DNA of 30,391 nucleotides from a virus: IMG/VR virus record IMGVR_UViG_3300032053_000003, positions 1 to 30,391 of that record; one strand, 5' to 3'. Shown piece by piece: positions 25,000 to 30,391 of this stretch (position 1 is its first letter; each line of letters starts with the position of its first letter). The notes under the pieces were generated by a model. It saw only the letters and a program-made list of their open reading frames with translations, ran no database searches and was not told where the DNA came from. The position numbers and the translations under genes were made by a program.

Positions 25000-25982
25000 T
25001 GTATGCTCATCAGGTAATAGAAGATTTTTCAGCTCGATTAAAAGATTCTGGAGATCCTGCATATCTACGTGCTATGAGTCTATTTATAACTAAACTTAGA
25101 AAGGCTCATCATTTTCATATAGGTGAGGTTGAAAAGTTTAGAGCTGATGCTCATGGTGCTCTTGGTATTGTACCTGTTGATCAGGATAGTGGTTTATGGT
25201 TGGCTGTTAAAGACTTAGAAGATACCCATCTGCCCTATCCTTTGTGTTGGATTGACTTTATTGAAGTAGTTAAGGAATATGAGTATGAACGTCTTATTAA
25301 CTCAGTTAAATCTCAGCAAGTGAGGGATGCACTTTCTAAAGTGCCTGAATATATGAGGTTTCATTATGTGGGTCAGACAAAAGTAGGTATTTTAGTTGAA
25401 GAGACAGAGAAAAATGTTATCGAGTGTGGGTTTGCTTTTTATCATCTTGTTAGGAGATTGTGGCAGTTGGCTGCTTATAAGGCTCGTATAAAGATAAATG
25501 GTACCTTTGAGGATGGAGAGCTTTCTGGACAAGAGGTATTATTAATGTATCATAGTATGTATGATCATCTTAATGATGGTATTAAGTATGCACTAAAAGG
25601 TAATATACTTATAGTGCTTACTAATTTTCTATCCTTCTTAAAGGTAGTGTCCTGTAAGAATGTAACAACTGCTATAATAGATCCATCTGGTTCGTTAAAT
25701 AAGAAAAGAAAGAGATCGGGAAAGCAGGAACTCTTTAGTTATCATGTTTTAACCTGGGCTATTCCAGGTAAAAAGAAGAGTAGTGTAGATAGTAATAATA
25801 GGGAATCTACGGAACATAATAGAGTTCATTTTTGTAGAGCCTATTGGAAGGAGTACACTTCGGAAAGACCTTTAATGGGGAAGTTTGTGGGTAGGTATTT
25901 GTGGCAGTCCCATGTGAGAGGTCAAAGTAAAGAAGGTATAGTTACAAAAGATTATAATGTTAAAGTAAAAGGTGATCTATGA
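24999..25982 (+). CDS. Hypothetical protein (327 aa)
   Basis: GTG start overlapping the upstream TAG. Long ORF with no recognised motif. Confidence 0.5.
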   Translation: MYAHQVIEDFSARLKDSGDPAYLRAMSLFITKLRKAHHFHIGEVEKFRADAHGALGIVPVDQDSGLWLAVKDLEDTHLPYPLCWIDFIEVVKEYEYERLINSVKSQQVRDALSKVPEYMRFHYVGQTKVGILVEETEKNVIECGFAFYHLVRRLWQLAAYKARIKINGTFEDGELSGQEVLLMYHSMYDHLNDGIKYALKGNILIVLTNFLSFLKVVSCKNVTTAIIDPSGSLNKKRKRSGKQELFSYHVLTWAIPGKKKSSVDSNNRESTEHNRVHFCRAYWKEYTSERPLMGKFVGRYLWQSHVRGQSKEGIVTKDYNVKVKGDL

Positions 25983-26193
25983 ATTATAAGCAAAGAGGGT
26001 CTGATGCCAAAACAAATGATAGATATATCTGTTACTGATTTTAAAGTTGAGGAGTCAGAGAGTGGAGCTATAAAATTCCGGAAGAGGTAATGAGAGATGC
26101 AGAAAAGATTGTTGCTCAGATGAATGATAATGTAATTAATGCAGCAAGGGAAATTATTAGAAAGAAGATGAAACAGGTAAAGGAACAAGAAGA

Positions 26194-26457
26194 TTGAGTA
26201 AGGTCAGAGAGAACAATGCTGATAAGGACCTCTTTAATGAGTGGATGATGCTCAAATCCAGAGCTGATAATATGATCACCTTTGCACTTGGTATGGTTCA
26301 GAATGACTATCCTGGTATGACTGTTGAAGAGGTTTTGGAGTGGAAGAGAGAGGTCAGTAGGAATCTGGCTACTTTTGATAAACAGGTAAATAAGCTATTA
26401 GGTAAAACACTTGCCTTTTTGCTTATTGAGGGTGAGGAAGACGATATTCCATATTGA
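26194..26457 (+). CDS. Small hypothetical protein (87 aa)
   Basis: ORF MSKVRENNADKDLFNEWMML... Partial resemblance to the motif family (MSK only). Confidence 0.45.
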   Translation: MSKVRENNADKDLFNEWMMLKSRADNMITFALGMVQNDYPGMTVEEVLEWKREVSRNLATFDKQVNKLLGKTLAFLLIEGEEDDIPY

Positions 26458-26467
26458 GGAGGTTAAC

Positions 26468-26647
26468 ATGGCTGAAGATCTGAGAATAGGAGAGGTAGTA
26501 GTGCTGATGGGTCAGGGTATCGAGATGACAATTGTAGATGATTCTGTTCAGTCAAGTGGCATCTTTGGGTGTGCTTGGTATGATAACAACAGTGTCTTAC
26601 AGATTTACAATTTCAAGAAGGATGTATTGGAGAGGAAGGTTGGTTGA
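26468..26647 (+). CDS. Small hypothetical protein (59 aa)
   Basis: ATG at 26468 preceded by TGAGGAGG. Confidence 0.45.
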   Translation: MAEDLRIGEVVVLMGQGIEMTIVDDSVQSSGIFGCAWYDNNSVLQIYNFKKDVLERKVG

Positions 26648-26703
26648 GGATTTGATTAATGGTAGAACTGCAACTGTGGAAGCAAAGATAGTAGTAGAGT
26701 AGT

Positions 26704-26729
26704 GATGATCAGTTCTGATCATCTTTTTA
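26704..26729 (+). terminator. Rho-independent terminator-like hairpin
   Basis: GATGATCAG-tt-CTGATCATC (8-9 bp stem) followed by TTTTTA. It lies between the 26468 and 26759 genes. Confidence 0.5.
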
Positions 26730-26758
26730 CGTCTGAAGAAGATTGAGGAGGTCCTAAA

Positions 26759-27364
26759 ATGTCAAGAGAACCTAACATCCCTCCATTGGCTAATCGTTTA
26801 TTGGCTGCTTTACGTCAAAGTACTTTCGAGAAGAGGTCTGTACTTGAGCAAGGTGAAGAGGAAGTAGCAGCTCCTAATGCAGGAGATCTCAAGACTGCTC
26901 TGGATGAGTATGATTATGGCCTTTCCCTGGAGCTGGATCACAATGGTAGCAATCTATCTACTGGACCTGATGCAAGTACCGTCTTTGAGATCAACAATGA
27001 TCAGGGAGCTAATTGGATAGAGTTCCAGCTATGGGACAAGAACAGGTTTGACACTGCCATAGGGACTATCAGATATATCTGTGGGATGAAAGCCAATCCT
27101 GACTCTATTACAGTGTCTTCAGGTAAGGGTATAGAGAGGATCAAATTCAATAGTAAGGATGAAGAGATTGAAAACCTTGCTGATGTAAAGGACAAGGAAG
27201 ATTACAAGGATAAGATCCAGAGGATCAGAAGGATCTTTATGGGTTTCCAGTTGAACACAACAGGCATCGTTGGTATACCTAACGATCCTAAGAGCTTTGA
27301 GAGCATTGGTAGGAGAGTAGGCCAAGGTATCATCAAAGCTTGTACACCTTACCTGAAGGGATAA
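26759..27364 (+). CDS. Hypothetical protein (201 aa)
   Basis: SD GAGGAGG upstream. Its stop overlaps the next ATG (TAATG). Confidence 0.55.
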   Translation: MSREPNIPPLANRLLAALRQSTFEKRSVLEQGEEEVAAPNAGDLKTALDEYDYGLSLELDHNGSNLSTGPDASTVFEINNDQGANWIEFQLWDKNRFDTAIGTIRYICGMKANPDSITVSSGKGIERIKFNSKDEEIENLADVKDKEDYKDKIQRIRRIFMGFQLNTTGIVGIPNDPKSFESIGRRVGQGIIKACTPYLKG

Positions 27365-27573
27365 TGGCTTATAGAGTAATAGGTCATAGAGATGTAGGTA
27401 ATGTCTATACAGTCATCCAATCACATGCTTTATTTGAGCATGAAGTTGAGGGTGTGAAGAGGAGACTGGAGAGGGATGGATTCTCTGAGTTTGAGGTAAC
27501 AGATATGAGGATCTCTATCTGTATCTTCATTAGATGGTTCTTCCAATATTTGTTAGGAGGATGTCATGAGTAA
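27364..27573 (+). CDS. Small hypothetical protein (69 aa)
   Basis: Coupled start MAYRVIGHRD... Confidence 0.4.
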   Translation: MAYRVIGHRDVGNVYTVIQSHALFEHEVEGVKRRLERDGFSEFEVTDMRISICIFIRWFFQYLLGGCHE

Positions 27574-27802
27574 AGCAGAAGAGCTTCTGGAGCAGTTAAA
27601 TGCTGTTGAAGAGGAGAGTTTGGGTTGGCACATTGTGAAGACAGGTACCAATGACCAGCCAGGATCAGGTCCTTATGATACTCATAAGAAAGCCAGACAT
27701 GAAGCCCAGTTTAAGCACTGGTATTCTCCTGATGGATGGGATATTCGGTATGGGTATGTCAATGCTGAGGATCAGTTCGTAGAGTTGCCTAAACCTACTT
27801 AA
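27566..27802 (+). CDS. Small protein (78 aa) with N-terminal MSKAEELLE motif; last + strand gene before the convergent switch
   Basis: SD AGGAGG with a 5-nt spacer. Motif-family member. Confidence 0.55.
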   Translation: MSKAEELLEQLNAVEEESLGWHIVKTGTNDQPGSGPYDTHKKARHEAQFKHWYSPDGWDIRYGYVNAEDQFVELPKPT

Positions 27803-28013
27803 ACTGTTTGTAGTTACTTTCATTTGAGGTCCTATTACCCTCTTCACCAAAATCGATATTGATGGTGCCTACAGCTACCAAGGTCTTCATGATCTCTTTA
27901 ACAGTAGTAAGGAGAACACCTGTCTCTGGGTGATAATGCTTAACACCTGCTTCAATACCATTGGTGAAGGCTCTTATCATCAACTGGGCATCTTCTTCAG
28001 GAGTGCTCATCAA
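27795..28013 (-). CDS. Hypothetical protein (72 aa), minus-strand block
   Basis: Convergent with, and overlapping by 8 nt, the last + strand gene. Confidence 0.4.
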   Translation of the reverse strand: MMSTPEEDAQLMIRAFTNGIEAGVKHYHPETGVLLTTVKEIMKTLVAVGTINIDFGEEGNRTSNESNYKQFK

Positions 28014-28245
28014 GATCTTCCTTTGTGGGTTCTAGTGGACTCATAGGTGTTATGAATGGGTTGTTCATGATGTCCATATTCACTAAGACACACTTTCCTG
28101 TATCCATTAGGTTGTTGGTTATTACTTTATCAATCAGTGCATCTGGATGCTCTGCTTTGATTCTATCCAGTATGTTTAATACCTGCTCATGGACAGTTTC
28201 ATTACAAATTAAAACAGCACGATAAGGTTTAGTTTCCTTATCCAT
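27997..28245 (-). CDS. Hypothetical protein (82 aa)
   Basis: Overlaps the downstream ORF by 17 nt in a different frame. Confidence 0.45.
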   Translation of the reverse strand: MDKETKPYRAVLICNETVHEQVLNILDRIKAEHPDALIDKVITNNLMDTGKCVLVNMDIMNNPFITPMSPLEPTKEDLDEHS

Positions 28246-28248
28246 TTC

Positions 28249-28479
28249 TCACTTTTCCTTATGCAGTTGGGTCTGAGAGCTACAAAAGTCAGCTATCTCC
28301 CTGAGGCAGACCCACTCATATACTGTGTCACCTTTGGGAAAGAAAGAATACTTCCTCCATCGGGAGAACCAGGCTATTGTCCCTAGCTGGATGTCATCAT
28401 ACTTGCTGACTACCCACCATACCTTTGTCTTGGGCTTTGGTGGAGCCTCTATGAATTTTATGTGGGTTCCTTCTTTCAT
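28249..28479 (-). CDS. Hypothetical protein (76 aa) with WWVVSKY motif
   Basis: Shares the exact heptapeptide WWVVSKY with the 28989-29345 ORF. Confidence 0.45.
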   Translation of the reverse strand: MKEGTHIKFIEAPPKPKTKVWWVVSKYDDIQLGTIAWFSRWRKYSFFPKGDTVYEWVCLREIADFCSSQTQLHKEK

Positions 28480-28487
28480 ACTGCCTT

Positions 28488-28976
28488 CTATCTTCTCTCG
28501 TGCAGACGATTTATTCTTACACGTAAGAGAGGTCCTTTATAGTTAGGGTACCTGGATACCCAAAAACCTAGATCATAGAGATACTTTGCTAATTTTTCTC
28601 GTATGTCCTTAGATATTGCATTTATTACCAGTTCATAATCTGATCCTGAGCACATATCATAGTAAATGTAACGATATCTAGCTGTTCTCTCATCCCAGTC
28701 TTCTGGAGCCTCAACTATAGTCCAGTCATTTTCATCAGAGTGAAAAAACTCACACAGGCACCCCAAGAGAAAGTCTCCTTCAAGAGGTAGCCTCTCTAAG
28801 ATCTTTACTTTCCTATTTTCTCTCCTTGCTCTTTCAGGTGATACTTTAGCAGCAGCTACGGATACTCCTTTGGCAGTACCAAATAGCTCACTATCTAGTT
28901 CTGCAAAAAGCTGTTTTTTTCGGGAGTGTTCCTGTATCAACTTATTCTTGAGTTCGTTTGTGGGTAGCTTTCTCAT
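28488..28976 (-). CDS. Hypothetical protein (162 aa)
   Basis: Tightly packed minus-strand operon member. Confidence 0.5.
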   Translation of the reverse strand: MRKLPTNELKNKLIQEHSRKKQLFAELDSELFGTAKGVSVAAAKVSPERARRENRKVKILERLPLEGDFLLGCLCEFFHSDENDWTIVEAPEDWDERTARYRYIYYDMCSGSDYELVINAISKDIREKLAKYLYDLGFWVSRYPNYKGPLLRVRINRLHERR

Positions 28977-28988
28977 GTGTTTCTCAGC

Positions 28989-29345
28989 TCACTTCGGTAG
29001 ATCTTCACCTATGAATTTCCCTTTATCAAACTCCTGTATCATTTCCTTTGCTCCAGGGTTGGTGAAGTACACAGAGGTCTTTGGTACCTGCACAAGCTTG
29101 TTGCACCATCGGCACCACCTATCAGCATGCCCTCCTCCATAACCCCATTCTGTTTTGGACAGCTCATGCCCTCCAAAGAAGCCACAGAGGAATTGAATGA
29201 CCTTCTTGATGGGCTTTGGGTATTTGCTGACCACCCACCAGAGCTGAGGGTACTCTTCCCTGTTTTCGTATTGATTGGATTTGTGGTGTCTGGCTATACT
29301 AGTCAGTATCTCACTCTTCCTGCTTTGGTCATCTATATATTTCAT
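28989..29345 (-). CDS. Hypothetical protein (118 aa) with WWVVSKY motif and Cys/His cluster
   Basis: Paralogous segment to the 28249 ORF. C-terminal H..C..C cluster (HADRWCRWC). Confidence 0.5.
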   Translation of the reverse strand: MKYIDDQSRKSEILTSIARHHKSNQYENREEYPQLWWVVSKYPKPIKKVIQFLCGFFGGHELSKTEWGYGGGHADRWCRWCNKLVQVPKTSVYFTNPGAKEMIQEFDKGKFIGEDLPK

Positions 29346-29584
29346 TTCAGGGATGCTCTGATCCTTATGGAGATCCTTATGAAGAAGAGAATTTCCAGGT
29401 ATCGGGAGAAAGACATATCCAGTATTTGGGCTAGGTGTGCCTTGAGATCATTGCATGGTAAGTAATAAGATTCTGCTATTTCAAAATCTGGGTACTTATC
29501 TGGGTACTTTTTTGAGATAATTAGAATACCACTCTTACTCTGATTTTGTTGGACTTGTATGGTTACTATACTCTTTCTATGCAT
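29342..29584 (-). CDS. Hypothetical protein (80 aa)
   Basis: 4-nt overlap with the upstream minus-strand gene. Confidence 0.4.
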   Translation of the reverse strand: MHRKSIVTIQVQQNQSKSGILIISKKYPDKYPDFEIAESYYLPCNDLKAHLAQILDMSFSRYLEILFFIRISIRIRASLK

Positions 29585-29587
29585 GAC

Positions 29588-30091
29588 TCATTCCTCAAAA
29601 ACAAGGTCTAGAATCCTCTCAGACATCTTATCTCTAAGATCTGAGTCCTGTATATCCATTAGGTCATGGAAGACTCTCATGGATATATTAGCTATGTAGG
29701 ATTGCTTGAAGTCAGGGTCATCCTTGAATGCCTCCCTCATAATTCTACGAGCCTCTTTTATACTCCCTACTGGAAGATCCTTAAGTTCTTGGACCTCAGA
29801 GTATGGCATATTTTTAATAATTCCTTTAGTTTCAGTATCACTGATAAGTAAATCCTCTTTAGGTAAAGGGTTGACCTCAATACTTATCTTGAGCTGCTCT
29901 AGTAGCACACTCCACAATAAGTTTAAAGGTCTGTCAGCATTAAAATTTCGTCCATTGTAGGACCTATCAAGAATGGTAATGTCTATGTCCCTGGCATTAT
30001 GTCGGTGACCATGAAAATGAAGATAGACATTGATTGCAGTACCTATTAAAATAACAGCAGCAGCACCCAGTTCCAAATAAAGTTGCTCCAT
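29588..30091 (-). CDS. Hypothetical protein (167 aa)
   Basis: Long minus-strand ORF abutting its neighbours. Confidence 0.5.
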   Translation of the reverse strand: MEQLYLELGAAAVILIGTAINVYLHFHGHRHNARDIDITILDRSYNGRNFNADRPLNLLWSVLLEQLKISIEVNPLPKEDLLISDTETKGIIKNMPYSEVQELKDLPVGSIKEARRIMREAFKDDPDFKQSYIANISMRVFHDLMDIQDSDLRDKMSERILDLVFEE

Positions 30092-30092
30092 A

Positions 30093-30278
30093 TCACCTCT
30101 CCTCTAGAAAGTCATTATTCCATGTAAAGCAGATAAGATCTATGTTATCAGATATGATACCCCTTCTGCCACATCTTTCGCATTGGATCTGATGAAGACC
30201 AGATAAGGGTACCAGTTTTAGTTCATTACCTATAGAGGCTCCACAAGGACAGTTGTTAATATCAATCATCTCTTCCAT
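30093..30278 (-). CDS. Small zinc-ribbon protein (61 aa)
   Basis: CPCG...CERCGRRG four-Cys motif. Confidence 0.45.
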   Translation of the reverse strand: MEEMIDINNCPCGASIGNELKLVPLSGLHQIQCERCGRRGIISDNIDLICFTWNNDFLEER

Positions 30279-30391
30279 TATACAATCTCCTCAGACATGT
30301 ATATTAGAAATTTCCTCAAGTCTTCTTCAGGGATAATCCTCATACCGTTGCTTAGCTGACATACTTTGAGTTCAAGGTTTCTTAGAGTAAT

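Noticed and set aside
29588-30091. HFHGHRHN near the N-terminus of the 167-aa minus-strand protein resembles the GHxH motif of calcineurin-like metallophosphoesterases
   Set aside because: The other five phosphoesterase motifs are absent, and the motif is at the wrong end of the protein. Likely coincidental.

Overview
This window is a gene-dense segment of a large tailed, virulent-type bacteriophage genome. Almost everything from 3 to 27802 is on the + strand, with stop/start overlaps (TAATG, TAGTG, ATGA) and AGGAGG-type Shine-Dalgarno sites. From about 27795 to the window end there is a convergent block of small minus-strand genes. I see no rRNA, tRNA or CRISPR array.

Features I can support from the sequence:
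- Large terminase subunit (371-2698) interrupted by a 183-aa mini-intein (968-1516) at the Walker B motif.
- A second large morphogenesis protein, possibly the portal (6502-8838), carrying a paralogous 186-aa mini-intein (7561-8118).
- A striking family of at least 11 proteins, mostly small, plus one internal start, that all begin M-[S/T/G/N]-K-A-x-x-[L/F]-L-E. This resembles T4 capsid-targeting sequences cleaved by a prohead protease, so these may be packaged and injected internal proteins. Members include two ParB-like nuclease mini-proteins and a putative Arr/PARP-like ADP-ribosyltransferase.
- Three paralogous fibre or receptor-binding-like proteins sharing an N-terminal MSLGKFDG-NIGK-NIGKVGG module. 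Their C-terminal domains differ: one LamG/ConA-like, and two 6-bladed Kelch-type propellers. There is also a decayed copy and a 15-codon remnant.
- A glycan cassette (15287-21651) placed exactly at that remnant: HldA/HldE-type heptose-7-phosphate kinase, two GT2 glycosyltransferases, a SAM methyltransferase, and an exported tandem-FN3 protein. It is closed by a strong intrinsic terminator.
- A compact Spo11/TopoVI-A-like protein (5Y-CAP plus Toprim), followed by a free-standing LAGLIDADG endonuclease. A free-standing HNH endonuclease lies elsewhere.
- Three rho-independent terminator-like hairpins, an 18-bp perfect tandem duplication at a gene junction, and several unannotated ORFs shorter than 60 aa.
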